This document shows, in pieces, positions 6,482 to 15,797 of a stretch of 33,931 nt of DNA; the first letter of the stretch is position 1; each line of letters begins with the position of its first letter. A program made the translations under genes and the position numbers. The DNA is from a virus (Duplodnaviria > Caudoviricetes). Under the pieces are notes generated by a model. That model ran no database searches and was not told the DNA's origin. It was given only the letters and a program-made list of their open reading frames with translations. The stretch spans positions 1 to 33,931 of IMG/VR virus record IMGVR_UViG_3300016476_000798. One strand, 5' to 3'.

Positions 6482-6753
6482 GTGTTTGCCTTTTTCTATA
6501 TTTTATTTAATGTTTTTGAACTTGTTTTAAAGAGGTTCTAGGTGCTATTACATGCAGCTTGCCTTGTTTTTAACACGCTTTATCGTCGGGCATTAAAAAT
6601 ACACCATTTTCTTACTATTTTTTAGTGATTGCATTAAATAATAGCACGGACAGAATATGTTCAGTCTAACAAATAATGTTTTTTGCGTCCCTCTTAGTAT
6701 ACGCTATATAGTAGCTGAGTGCTGCAACTAGACTGTCCTAGAATAAAAAAAGT

Positions 6754-6773
6754 TTTGGTAGGCGCCTACCAAA
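6754..6773. repeat. Perfect 20-bp palindrome (terminator or protein-binding site)
   Basis: TTTGGTAGGCGCCTACCAAA immediately after the stop at 6779; U-tract follows on the minus strand. Confidence 0.7.
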
Positions 6774-6778
6774 TACTT

Positions 6779-7519
6779 TTACAGAACTAACACTTCCTCT
6801 CGGAAGTTTCCATCTAGCAAATCTTGCATGATTTGCAGTCTGTTACCGCTCCCTCTACTTCCGTGTACATGCACAGCGGCAGCATCTCTAATATCAATTC
6901 TATTAAACTCTGTGTTCGCTTGATGTAGCGGAGTGTCTCTGAGCATCTGGAATGCTAGGTCTGGTCTATAAAACAGTTGTGGCGCTACGTTTTGACTCCA
7001 CAGCATTTGATTGTAAATGACTTGCTCACTGTCCCAACGATCTGGGTTCCAGTTGTCGAGCATAGTAAATCCTACGTCCCAAGTTTCTTGCTTCATAGTA
7101 TGCGGATAATATCTAATTCCGCAGTTAAAGAAACGCTCAAAGTTTAAACCGTAATGGTCGTCAAATGTTTGAGGAGGATCAGTGAAGTTGAACATAGCAA
7201 AGAAATCGTATTGGTTAAAATACATAGCCTTCTGCAAGAATACAACATCTAAGTCACAGTAAAGAATATTACATTCTTCGTTCTGCCAAAGATCGTAAAT
7301 CTCTTTGAAGTGAATCTTAAAGACTTCACGAATATTTTCTGCTTCGCCTCGATGAATAACAACTTCATCTAGATTAACCAAATTATCCTTGGCTGAATCA
7401 ATTAGCAGTGTTTCCATTGCATTGTAATTTTCAACAAGATTGTGTTCGTGTGTTCTATCATCGTACCACTTAGTGTGGTCAACAATCTTATAATTTTTTG
7501 CCACTAGATAGTTTTTCAT
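6779..7519 (-). CDS. GT-A fold nucleotide-diphospho-sugar transferase
   Basis: ILYCDLDVVF DxD motif, FNCG, SEQ..N, HVHGS; start moved to MKNY. Confidence 0.78.
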   Translation of the reverse strand: MKNYLVAKNYKIVDHTKWYDDRTHEHNLVENYNAMETLLIDSAKDNLVNLDEVVIHRGEAENIREVFKIHFKEIYDLWQNEECNILYCDLDVVFLQKAMYFNQYDFFAMFNFTDPPQTFDDHYGLNFERFFNCGIRYYPHTMKQETWDVGFTMLDNWNPDRWDSEQVIYNQMLWSQNVAPQLFYRPDLAFQMLRDTPLHQANTEFNRIDIRDAAAVHVHGSRGSGNRLQIMQDLLDGNFREEVLVL

Positions 7520-7526
7520 AATCTTC

Positions 7527-8129
7527 TCAAAAGAATAGGTTTTCGTTACCTTTACAGAATACCCAGCTTGGATTAGTCCCGTTAGTAACAGCAAACTGAA
7601 GATTCTTTTCCGTAGCAAAGTCAGTTACTGCTTGGATAACACCAAACTTCTCAATATGGCTTCCTTCAATAAAATCGTCACCGCATAGAATGCCGCCCGG
7701 GCGGACCTTTTCATACCATGCACGAATATCTGCTAGAACAGGTTCATACTTGTGGTCAGCATCAACGTAAACTACATCAAGGCTGTTGTCTTCAAATGTG
7801 TTAACTACATTGCAGCTCATGTCTCGTAGAAGAACGCTTCTACCTTCTGGTAGCATCTTGCTAACTCGTTCAGCGGCTCTTGCTGCTAGGTTATCTAGAT
7901 TCTGTTGATTTGCAAATTCGTTTTGATCTGGCTTATCAGTGTAGCCTTCGTAAAGTGCAAAAGGATCTACAGCGTAAAACTTAGCTGGGTTCAACTTATT
8001 ACACATTACTTGTGCAAAGTCGCCGCGCCAAGTACCAATCTCGATAGCAGTTTCAACTGAACCAAGATGCTGCTTAATCTTATCCATTAGTGTGTGACGG
8101 GTATAACCTAAATGTACTGGTGTTGACAT
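7527..8129 (-). CDS. Class I SAM-dependent methyltransferase (Methyltransf_24-like)
   Basis: EIGTWRG, VDP, VYVDADHKY, VRPGGILCGDD. Confidence 0.88.
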   Translation of the reverse strand: MSTPVHLGYTRHTLMDKIKQHLGSVETAIEIGTWRGDFAQVMCNKLNPAKFYAVDPFALYEGYTDKPDQNEFANQQNLDNLAARAAERVSKMLPEGRSVLLRDMSCNVVNTFEDNSLDVVYVDADHKYEPVLADIRAWYEKVRPGGILCGDDFIEGSHIEKFGVIQAVTDFATEKNLQFAVTNGTNPSWVFCKGNENLFF

Positions 8130-8164
8130 AAAATAAATTCCTAACTTATTCCGTTATTTAATAG

Positions 8165-8434
8165 CTAAAATAGATCTCGCAAACTATTATTGGCTTCAGC
8201 ATCTCCCCATCTCAACAAGAACATGCTCATATCTGCACGATTGCGAAACTTAAAAGTATCGAAACTTGTTCGCGTTCCAATACCAGTTTGTTTGCACCAT
8301 TCATGAATGGGATCAATGTCACTTTCGTTGAGACCAACAATAATATCTCTAGTTAGTCTAGCACTGTGAAAATTATTAACACCGGCAGTTAGTGTAAACG
8401 GTGTTGCTTCGACCCAAACAATTTTTTTAGGCAT
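8165..8434 (-). CDS. Small 'F.L.W' family phage protein
   Basis: C-terminal FRNRADMSMFLLRWG; start moved to MPKK. Confidence 0.7.
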   Translation of the reverse strand: MPKKIVWVEATPFTLTAGVNNFHSARLTRDIIVGLNESDIDPIHEWCKQTGIGTRTSFDTFKFRNRADMSMFLLRWGDAEANNSLRDLF

Positions 8435-8810
8435 AGGACTTGACCCATTGCAGTTTAAAAAATGATGCTTCGGATGGATCTTCAAACCAATAGTGGCTAG
8501 TACCTGATCTAGAAAATGCGCTAGTGCAGTTGTTAATCATCCACCAAACACGCTGAGTCGGTAAGTTTTCATCATCGTATCCTGAACTAATGTAAGTCCA
8601 GCCCATCATGTCTAAACACATTTCATAATGCTGACGCTGCTCTAATGTGAGACCAGAGGTTCGTGTGTCCATTTCTTGCATAACACGCATAAGTACAGCT
8701 TCATTAAATCTCTGATCGTTTTGATAGAGAAACTCATAGCTAAGACTTAGCGTATAAATTTTTACAGTGTCTGCACAGGGCACAGCATAATTGATTCTCT
8801 TAGGCATCAT
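8427..8810 (-). CDS. Small 'F.L.W' family phage protein
   Basis: C-terminal FEDPSEASFFKLQW. Confidence 0.72.
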   Translation of the reverse strand: MMPKRINYAVPCADTVKIYTLSLSYEFLYQNDQRFNEAVLMRVMQEMDTRTSGLTLEQRQHYEMCLDMMGWTYISSGYDDENLPTQRVWWMINNCTSAFSRSGTSHYWFEDPSEASFFKLQWVKSYA

Positions 8811-9010
8811 GACATAGTCTCTAATATCTCTAGTGCATCACGGGCCCATTGCACATCGGGCTCATCGATCCAGCCACCGTCATTTACCATAACATCACGA
8901 TAAAAACAACGCTGCATCCATACCCACTTACCAGTTATAGTTTTATGAGGTAATATTGCAAAAGCTGGTTTCCAGTAGCTTCTAGCATAGACATGCAGAT
9001 ATTCTGCCAC
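8807..9010 (-). CDS. Hypothetical Trp-rich small protein
   Basis: Tiles the operon with ATGA overlap; FA..P..T.TGKWVW pattern. Confidence 0.65.
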   Translation of the reverse strand: MAEYLHVYARSYWKPAFAILPHKTITGKWVWMQRCFYRDVMVNDGGWIDEPDVQWARDALEILETMS

Positions 9011-9014
9011 ACTG

Positions 9015-9245
9015 TTAGCCCCACCTCAACACAAACATTGCTAGGTCTTCTTTACATTCAAATGTAAGCACCATACCTTCGTGTTTATAACGGGCAGCGA
9101 TTCCTGTATCATCCAACCATTCCGCAATGCTGTCAACATTTTCCATCCACCAAGTGGCTTTCTTGATGATGGCGTAGTTACCTATACCTTCGAGGTCTCC
9201 TACAAGAAAGTTTCCTGCATCGTTGCCTAGTGTAACTACGCCCAT
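9015..9245 (-). CDS. Small 'F.L.W' family phage protein
   Basis: C-terminal FECKEDLAMFVLRWG; start moved to MGVV to remove overlap with uvsE. Confidence 0.7.
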   Translation of the reverse strand: MGVVTLGNDAGNFLVGDLEGIGNYAIIKKATWWMENVDSIAEWLDDTGIAARYKHEGMVLTFECKEDLAMFVLRWG

Positions 9246-9249
9246 TTTA

Positions 9250-10272
9250 TTAGTTAGCCTGTTGGGCATGATCATAGAGTGCGCGGCTTGCAAGATTCTT
9301 AGCCTTGCTCTCGCACATGATGTCAAACTCATCACGGAAGGTTAATGCCCAATCATTGACCGCACGGTTCCAGTAGTAGTCACTGTGTGCGCGAAGTTTT
9401 GCTTTCTTGTAGCCCTGCGCTAGCAGTGTGTCAAGATCGGGTCGAGTGTCCCCACAGTGCTGCGGTAACAGTTCTTCACGGGAAACTGAGTAATGAATAA
9501 CAGGGCGAACGCCCCGCCAACTATCAATAACCCTTTTAACACGGTCGTCATTAGCTTCAATGTATTCTCCATTTCTAATCCATTGGTGATGGATGTCTAG
9601 CACCAGCGCACAATCCTTAGCTAGTGCTAGGCTCGAATTGAGACCCCAGGACATTTCGTCGTTTTCGATTGTGAGGGTGTTTCTTGCTTCGGTGCTGAGT
9701 CTTGGGATAACTCGCTTGATACCTTCGGGGCCTTGGCGACCCGCGATGTGGACGTTAATTTTAAAGTCCTGAAAAGACCTTCCGTAGCCCATCCAACGTG
9801 CCATGTCTGCATGATATTCAAACTCCTCTATACTTCGGTTAACGATTTCTGGATTGACACTGGCGAGGACGCAAAATTGTCCGGGGTGGAAACTAAGTCG
9901 GACCCCTGTCCTACGAGCAAGCTCACCAATAGCTGCAAAGCGAGGTACCATAGCATCAATGACGTCCATACGATGCCAAAAATAAGACCAACTAGGCTCA
10001 GTATAAACGGGAAGGATATCACTGCCAAGACGCACCATGCGAAGATCTTCAGGTAACGTGGAAACATATTCAACTAATCTCCTTGCCGATTCAGTGTTGT
10101 GTAGCATAATTTCCCACAGGCGTTCTTCGGCGACTTCCCGTGTTTGTCTATTTAACCATGCTACAGTGGTTGCTTTGGTGTTTAGCGGCCGCTGCAATTC
10201 TTCTAGAATTCGCTTAGGTTGTGTCTGATCCGGGTGCATGTACTTACATGCAAAACCAATGCGTTTAATCAC
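9250..10272 (-). CDS. uvsE: UV DNA damage endonuclease (UvsE/UvdE)
   Basis: RIGFAC, RLSFHPGQF.VL.S, EFEYH, TIENDE, LDIHH, HYS, RAHSD, MCESKAK. Confidence 0.95.
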   Translation of the reverse strand: MIKRIGFACKYMHPDQTQPKRILEELQRPLNTKATTVAWLNRQTREVAEERLWEIMLHNTESARRLVEYVSTLPEDLRMVRLGSDILPVYTEPSWSYFWHRMDVIDAMVPRFAAIGELARRTGVRLSFHPGQFCVLASVNPEIVNRSIEEFEYHADMARWMGYGRSFQDFKINVHIAGRQGPEGIKRVIPRLSTEARNTLTIENDEMSWGLNSSLALAKDCALVLDIHHQWIRNGEYIEANDDRVKRVIDSWRGVRPVIHYSVSREELLPQHCGDTRPDLDTLLAQGYKKAKLRAHSDYYWNRAVNDWALTFRDEFDIMCESKAKNLASRALYDHAQQAN

Positions 10273-10531
10273 GGGTACCTCTCATAAGTTCTGCTGCTTT
10301 CTGTGCAGCGGCGTTGACATCATGCTTTACAAACATATTAACATCTAATGCAGGTTTAGTCAAACTTGCACTAGCATGTAATACTGTAGATACTAATTCT
10401 TGTAGAGACTCTGCTGAAAGATCAATACTTTCTGGGTCGATAGCAACAGGATTGCCTTCATTATCCAAAAAGACCCGTCTAATTTGCACAATATCTTCTG
10501 CAAAAACTATGACTCTGAGCTCGTAATTCAT
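10265..10531 (-). CDS. Hypothetical phage protein
   Basis: ORF heading the uvsE operon; second Met lies 6 nt after the -10 box. Confidence 0.75.
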   Translation of the reverse strand: MNYELRVIVFAEDIVQIRRVFLDNEGNPVAIDPESIDLSAESLQELVSTVLHASASLTKPALDVNMFVKHDVNAAAQKAAELMRGTRD

Positions 10532-10537
10532 ACTCAT

Positions 10538-10582
10538 AGTATAGCAGAATTAATTTTAAAGTCAAGTGGTTTTTGATAAATA
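10538..10582. promoter_or_regulatory. Divergent promoters: sigma70-like (minus) and late-like (plus)
   Basis: TTGACT-N16-TATACT at 10538-10565 (minus); GATAAATA at 10575-10582 (plus). Confidence 0.72.
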
Positions 10583-10615
10583 TGTTTATACAATTTATCC
10601 AATTTGGAGATTTCA

Positions 10616-11227
10616 ATGGCTGCTGTCAAAAAATACAATTTAGCTGGTTTAAATGCTAACGTCGAACTAGGTAAGCAAGGTTCTTATATCTCAGGAAACG
10701 CAAGTGCAATTGGCTTTTATACCAGTGCTGGTGCGCTACAAAAGATTGCAATCGCTAACGCTACTGTTGGGTCAGAAGCTGTCACTAAAGCACAGTTAGA
10801 TGCACTTGCTAGTGACCTTGTTCAGCACATTACACTTGATGTTGATTACAACTCAGGTAGTGCTAACCTAGCAACTATTGCTGCTGGTAGCAGAATCCTA
10901 AGCGTCACTGTAGACATTCCAGGTGCTTGGGGCGGTACAGGCGACAACACTACTACATTTATTGAAGTTGGTGACAGTAACAATGGTAGCAGATTTATCC
11001 GCGCCCAAGATGTTGATGTACTAAAAGTAGGCCAGTATCATAGCCAATACCAGTACGAATACGCTAGTGCTGGTACACTAACATATAGTGTAACACAAGG
11101 CAGTGCTACAAGCGGAACAGCTACAATCAGTGTTGTATTAGCTGCCGATAACTTAACTGTAACAGATTACGGTTCAATTAACCAAGCACAGAATAGCAAT
11201 CCTGATCTAGGCAACATCACACTGTAA
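10616..11227 (+). CDS. Probable virion structural protein, paralog 1
   Basis: G/A/S/T-rich, beta-rich; SD GGAG; late promoter; shares VK.Y...G....VELGKQG and QG.A..GTAT with the next ORF. Confidence 0.68.
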   Translation: MAAVKKYNLAGLNANVELGKQGSYISGNASAIGFYTSAGALQKIAIANATVGSEAVTKAQLDALASDLVQHITLDVDYNSGSANLATIAAGSRILSVTVDIPGAWGGTGDNTTTFIEVGDSNNGSRFIRAQDVDVLKVGQYHSQYQYEYASAGTLTYSVTQGSATSGTATISVVLAADNLTVTDYGSINQAQNSNPDLGNITL

Positions 11228-11239
11228 TAGGAGACTAAT

Positions 11240-11773
11240 GTGGTAGACTCAGTAAAGAACTATGGTATAACCGGCGTTAGCTCAACTGTTGAGTTAGGTA
11301 AGCAAGGTCCTAAAATCGACGGTAGCAATGCTAGTGTGATCAGCTTCAAAGACAAAAACGATGCACTTACAGTAGTTGCAGTAGCTGAAGGTACTGACCC
11401 AGAACATGCTGTAGCACTCAGTCAGTTAGGAAGTGCTAGTTTAGGTAAGTTATCTTATCTAACTGCACAAGTATCATATGACAGCGGTACTGTTGCATTA
11501 GGTAATGCTTCAGCTGACACTTATATCCATAGTGTTGTAGTAGAAAAGACAGCTGGTAACTGGACTGGTGCAGACTCTAGTACTGAAATCACAGTAGGCG
11601 ACAGCGGCGATAATGCTAGACTGTTTTCGGGGTTTGATCCATCAGTTCAAAACACTAGCGAAGTAGATCACGTTTACGCATCTGCAACAACCATTAACGC
11701 TTATGTTACACAGGGCGGTGCAAGTGCAGGCACTGCAACAGTAACAATTTGGTATTCAGGAACTATCCTCTAA
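11240..11773 (+). CDS. Probable virion structural protein, paralog 2
   Basis: Full-length similarity to the preceding ORF; SD AGGAGA, GTG start. Confidence 0.68.
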   Translation: MVDSVKNYGITGVSSTVELGKQGPKIDGSNASVISFKDKNDALTVVAVAEGTDPEHAVALSQLGSASLGKLSYLTAQVSYDSGTVALGNASADTYIHSVVVEKTAGNWTGADSSTEITVGDSGDNARLFSGFDPSVQNTSEVDHVYASATTINAYVTQGGASAGTATVTIWYSGTIL

Positions 11774-12366
11774 TGAAAATTATTGACATCATCGAAGGCA
11801 AATCTGAGAATCGCGATCTTTGGGATCGCATTAAGTCTAAGGGTGTAGTACCCAGCATTGATCGCGAACGCTATACTGACATGTCAGATCAAGGACTTGA
11901 AGGTCCATTCCGTATGAAGAACGGTCAAGTGTTGTATTACGATCCAAAAGAAGGCAAGTACTACAATCGCGACACTGATATGTATGTTGACTACGATGAA
12001 TACAAGAAGATGGACGAGCAAGGTGTAGCGGAAGGTGACAAGCGTCCTGGATATGTAGTTAAGGCTAGCGATAAGCCTAAGAAGGTGAAGCCTAGCACAG
12101 GTGCTAGCAGCCCTCATCCATATCAAGGCAAGCTAGTAGGCGAAGCAGACGTAAGCAACACAGACTATCAATGGACACATGGTAAGAAGCCCGGTGGTCA
12201 TGGTAGTTGGTTCTTTGTTGCACATCGCGGCGGGATCAACTTCAATAAAGATGTCGAAGGCGAAGACTACATTCAACTGCACGGTATGAGCTATGGCGAA
12301 GCTAAAAAAGCTGCTGTTAAGTGGGCTAAGTCAAAAGGCCACACTAGCTTATTCGTTGCTGCCTAA
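11773..12366 (+). CDS. Modular probable head/internal protein (MKI.D/E N-terminus)
   Basis: Coupled TAATG start; modules separated by IIEG, VAEG, VGEA. Confidence 0.6.
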   Translation: MKIIDIIEGKSENRDLWDRIKSKGVVPSIDRERYTDMSDQGLEGPFRMKNGQVLYYDPKEGKYYNRDTDMYVDYDEYKKMDEQGVAEGDKRPGYVVKASDKPKKVKPSTGASSPHPYQGKLVGEADVSNTDYQWTHGKKPGGHGSWFFVAHRGGINFNKDVEGEDYIQLHGMSYGEAKKAAVKWAKSKGHTSLFVAA

Positions 12367-12395
12367 CTCTTTTTAAATTATTTTGAGTCACATGC

Positions 12396-13703
12396 TTGTG
12401 TAAATACAAGCATAGGATACCGTGCCGGAACAACAGTGTGACTCAAATGTTTAAAGTATTTAAAAATCCTCTTATCGAAGCTAACGGCTTCACCCAAGAT
12501 TATCTAGAAAAAATCAAAGATAAAAAGCCACGCTCTTGGCTAAAGCACTGGGAACATCAACAGTTTACGCCCGATCACTTCTTTAACAGTGAAGTACTAA
12601 AACCCACAGTAGACAAATCGTCAACTGACAATTACATTTACCCAATTTTCTTTGACCCTGTTATCTCATCAATAAAAGAAGATGTACGCTTAGAATTTTT
12701 TGATATTCCTACAAAAGTCATTAAAGATATTGACAGCGGAAAGTGCAAATTATATATTGATCATAGCTCTGAGGGATATGACGTTACATACCATATGAAA
12801 GGGTTTGACGATCTCACCCATGATATGATATGCAACACTTCAGAAATACATGGAATTGATCCTAAAAATATTTTCCTAGGTTCAGCAAACTTAAAGTGTT
12901 ATACTAATGTTCCTTACAACATTACTATTCTTAACGGGCCAATGTTTTGGAACGAAGCCGAACAGTCAGAAGAATGGTGGCAAAATCTTAGACTAATCAA
13001 AAGTCGCACTCGCCGACCTAAAAAGCTACTGTCATTAACTAGAACTGTAAGACAGCATAGATTACAATTTGCTAGAGAATTATACGTAAGGCAACTACTT
13101 GCTGAAAACATTTATACTATGCCAGTTGTTAATGATTATATTATTGAGAATCATAAATTCATCCATAAGCCTATTCCAGATAGTTTATTCAAGACACTAC
13201 CATGGTATTATGATATTAGAACTATCAACGACATTAACCCAGTCAATCACTCGCTTCCTTCTAGCAGAAGGTTTTATCAAGAAGGATATGTTAGCTTTGT
13301 GCTAGAAACATTTTTCTGCTATAGTGATTATAACTTAGTTGATACGCCTCTAGAATACGAACTAGACATTAGCGAAAAGGTTATGAAACCTATTGCTATG
13401 CTGCATCCTTTTATTGTAATGGGACAGCCTGGTATTTTGAAGCACCTACGTAGTATGGGGTTCAAAACTTTCCACGGTTGGTGGGATGAAAGCTATGATG
13501 ATATTCTAGATCCTAACGAGCGGTTCAATGCATTACTAAAGCTCTATGAGGAAATAAACAGCTACTCACATAAAACACTTGCTGACATGATGTACGAGAT
13601 GGCTGATATATTAATGCACAATTTTAATCTGTATTCATCACTAAAAGAAAATGAAAACTACACAAATGGCTTTATTCAAGAGTTAAACAATAGTTTTAAA
13701 TAA
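12396..13703 (+). CDS. Glycosyltransferase-like protein, 'ET..TEK' family paralog 2 (true start probably about 12438-12447)
   Basis: VLETFF..ISEKVMKPI..HPFIVMGQPG..GFKTF..DESYD. Confidence 0.6.
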   Translation: MCKYKHRIPCRNNSVTQMFKVFKNPLIEANGFTQDYLEKIKDKKPRSWLKHWEHQQFTPDHFFNSEVLKPTVDKSSTDNYIYPIFFDPVISSIKEDVRLEFFDIPTKVIKDIDSGKCKLYIDHSSEGYDVTYHMKGFDDLTHDMICNTSEIHGIDPKNIFLGSANLKCYTNVPYNITILNGPMFWNEAEQSEEWWQNLRLIKSRTRRPKKLLSLTRTVRQHRLQFARELYVRQLLAENIYTMPVVNDYIIENHKFIHKPIPDSLFKTLPWYYDIRTINDINPVNHSLPSSRRFYQEGYVSFVLETFFCYSDYNLVDTPLEYELDISEKVMKPIAMLHPFIVMGQPGILKHLRSMGFKTFHGWWDESYDDILDPNERFNALLKLYEEINSYSHKTLADMMYEMADILMHNFNLYSSLKENENYTNGFIQELNNSFK

Positions 13704-13749
13704 ATAGTGTGTACTTTAGTAATAAAGTCTACATAGGAGTAACACACTA

Positions 13750-13905
13750 ATGGCAAAGCAGATTAAGAGTGGCGGTAACGCAAAGACTGTATTAAACGCA
13801 AACAGCGTAAAAGGCACAAGCATCGGACGTGGTCGCATTAAGACCAGTAGCATGAACAAGCATAAACGCCGTGGGTACAAAAAGTATAGAGGCCAGGGCA
13901 AGTAA
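13750..13905 (+). CDS. Small basic protein MAKQIK...KKYRGQGK, 51 aa (not in ORF track)
   Basis: SD AGGAG, late motif AATAAATA at 13699-13706; C-terminal YRGQGK recalled from small proteins of T4-like phages. Confidence 0.85.
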   Translation: MAKQIKSGGNAKTVLNANSVKGTSIGRGRIKTSSMNKHKRRGYKKYRGQGK

Positions 13906-13945
13906 CTTTTGATAAATAGCTGTAATAAGCACAAAAGGATGCCCA

Positions 13946-14800
13946 ATGAAAATTACAGAACTAGGCACTAGTGATAAGCGTCATGCATCTATCCAAGATG
14001 CAGGAGACTATACTCCTGATAGCATACAAGTACTTGTACACGGAGTAGGCGTTTATTCTCTTAGCGCCCTTAAGAACAGACTTAAGAAGCGACTACAAGA
14101 CTTCATCGATGCTATCGACGGTAATTCAGAATACGTAGAGCGAGTTCTCACTGATAAAAGTTGGGATGCTTTTATGAGTATGCTTAAAGGCTACAACGAA
14201 GTATTAGCTGATCTCAATACTCCACAGATGAAGCGCAAGCGCACACTAGCACTAAGACGTTCACCAACTGAAAGTTATGATAGTGTTGTTGCTGCGCTTC
14301 GTCATGTTAAGGAAGGTGTTCCTTTTACAGAAAGCATGTTCCGTTACGGTAGCGATGCATACTTTGAAACTATTAATATTGGTCGTCACTTAGCATCACT
14401 AGTAGAAAACTTAGATTGGGAAAGTGCAGACTTATTTGCTAGCAATATTGGCGAAAGCGTAAAGCTAAAGGGTGTCGGTGAAGTATACTTAGACGCACCT
14501 TTTATGGAAGACGACTTAGACGAAGCTGAATACCAAGGCAAAGAAGTTGAGCTAAACAAGCCTAAGCGCGGCGGCAGCAAAAAGTATTACGTATATACAA
14601 AGAATCCAAAGACCGGTAAAGTAAAGAAGATCAGCTTTGGTGACGTAACAGGGTTACGTACTAAGAGCGGTAATAAGGATCGCGCTAGAAACTTTGCTGC
14701 CCGTCACAACTGTGAAAAGAAAAACGACCGCACTAAGGCAGGATATTGGGCTTGCCGCTTGCCTCGATACGGCCTAGTCAAAGGCGGCAAGTGGTGGTAA
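13946..14800 (+). CDS. Modular probable head/internal protein with basic C-terminal domain
   Basis: MKITE start, late motif GATAAATA at 13911-13918, C-terminal EAEYQG..KVKKISFGD..FAARHNC..AGYWAC domain. Confidence 0.65.
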   Translation: MKITELGTSDKRHASIQDAGDYTPDSIQVLVHGVGVYSLSALKNRLKKRLQDFIDAIDGNSEYVERVLTDKSWDAFMSMLKGYNEVLADLNTPQMKRKRTLALRRSPTESYDSVVAALRHVKEGVPFTESMFRYGSDAYFETINIGRHLASLVENLDWESADLFASNIGESVKLKGVGEVYLDAPFMEDDLDEAEYQGKEVELNKPKRGGSKKYYVYTKNPKTGKVKKISFGDVTGLRTKSGNKDRARNFAARHNCEKKNDRTKAGYWACRLPRYGLVKGGKWW

Positions 14801-14806
14801 TAGGTT

Positions 14807-15202
14807 ATGCGAGATACTCCATATACCGACAGAAGAATTAATGAAGAATCATTCTTACGTGAGTTTTCAGAACTTACAGAGGATGAAGAATTGGTCTGGC
14901 ACAGAGACCGCAAAGACAGATATGTTACAGTAGTAGAAGGCGCAGGCTGGCAGCTACAGTTCGACAACAGATTACCTGTTCCTTTACAAGTAGGTGAGAC
15001 TGTGTTTATTCCAAAGAACACATATCATAGATTACACAAGGGTTCGTCTAAACTCGCTGTCGAGATTAGCGAATTCGTTGCCCCGAAGAAAATCTATAAT
15101 ACACCAGACGACTACATCAAAGCTCGTAATCATAGGTTTGACAATATGTGGAGTAGGCCTGTTCGTGTTAAATCTAAAAAGAACAAATCTAAGTCTAAAT
15201 AG
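14807..15202 (+). CDS. Cupin-fold protein
   Basis: WHRD..R...VVEG.G and L..GE.VFIP..TYHRL cupin motifs. Confidence 0.72.
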   Translation: MRDTPYTDRRINEESFLREFSELTEDEELVWHRDRKDRYVTVVEGAGWQLQFDNRLPVPLQVGETVFIPKNTYHRLHKGSSKLAVEISEFVAPKKIYNTPDDYIKARNHRFDNMWSRPVRVKSKKNKSKSK

Positions 15203-15797
15203 TACTCCTACTTGGGGCATACCGTTAGATCTTGAATACATTCCTAACAAGGACTGCATGAAGCATTTTGATCAAAACGGTTACGATCTTACACCACTAG
15301 AACAAGAATACGCTAAGGTTAACCTCACTGAAACAGAGAGCGTTCGCTGGCGCACAGCTATCAAAAAGAATTGGTTTACATCTGACGCTATTAGTGGCGT
15401 TCATTTAAATCATGCAGACTTATACGAGCGTAAAGGCTATCATGGCTATGCTCTAGAGCAGATTGGCTGCTACGCAGAAAATGTGCCTACTATATACAAG
15501 CTGATGCATATGAAGCCGAAATGGGGCATAGACATCAGTATAGACTATGTTGACCAAGCTAAAGCATTTGAAGTGTTTCACTACGAGTGGGATGATTTTA
15601 ATCATTCTACTGTTACCGAGAAACAACAACTGATAGAAGAACTAGTATTAAATATTGATTGGGAGCATCTTGCTAAAGTCTTTTGGGATAAAAGAGATCA
15701 GTGGATGCATTTAGACTTTGATGGTCAGACACGTTTTAAAACTGACTTTTTGGGGTTAGAGCCAGAGAGATTTAAGCTAGTAGCATGGACTATATAA
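15165..15797 (+). CDS. Hypothetical phage protein (start uncertain; GTG at 15165 chosen)
   Basis: Long open frame; GGAG upstream of an in-frame GTG. Confidence 0.65.
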   Translation: MLNLKRTNLSLNSTPTWGIPLDLEYIPNKDCMKHFDQNGYDLTPLEQEYAKVNLTETESVRWRTAIKKNWFTSDAISGVHLNHADLYERKGYHGYALEQIGCYAENVPTIYKLMHMKPKWGIDISIDYVDQAKAFEVFHYEWDDFNHSTVTEKQQLIEELVLNIDWEHLAKVFWDKRDQWMHLDFDGQTRFKTDFLGLEPERFKLVAWTI

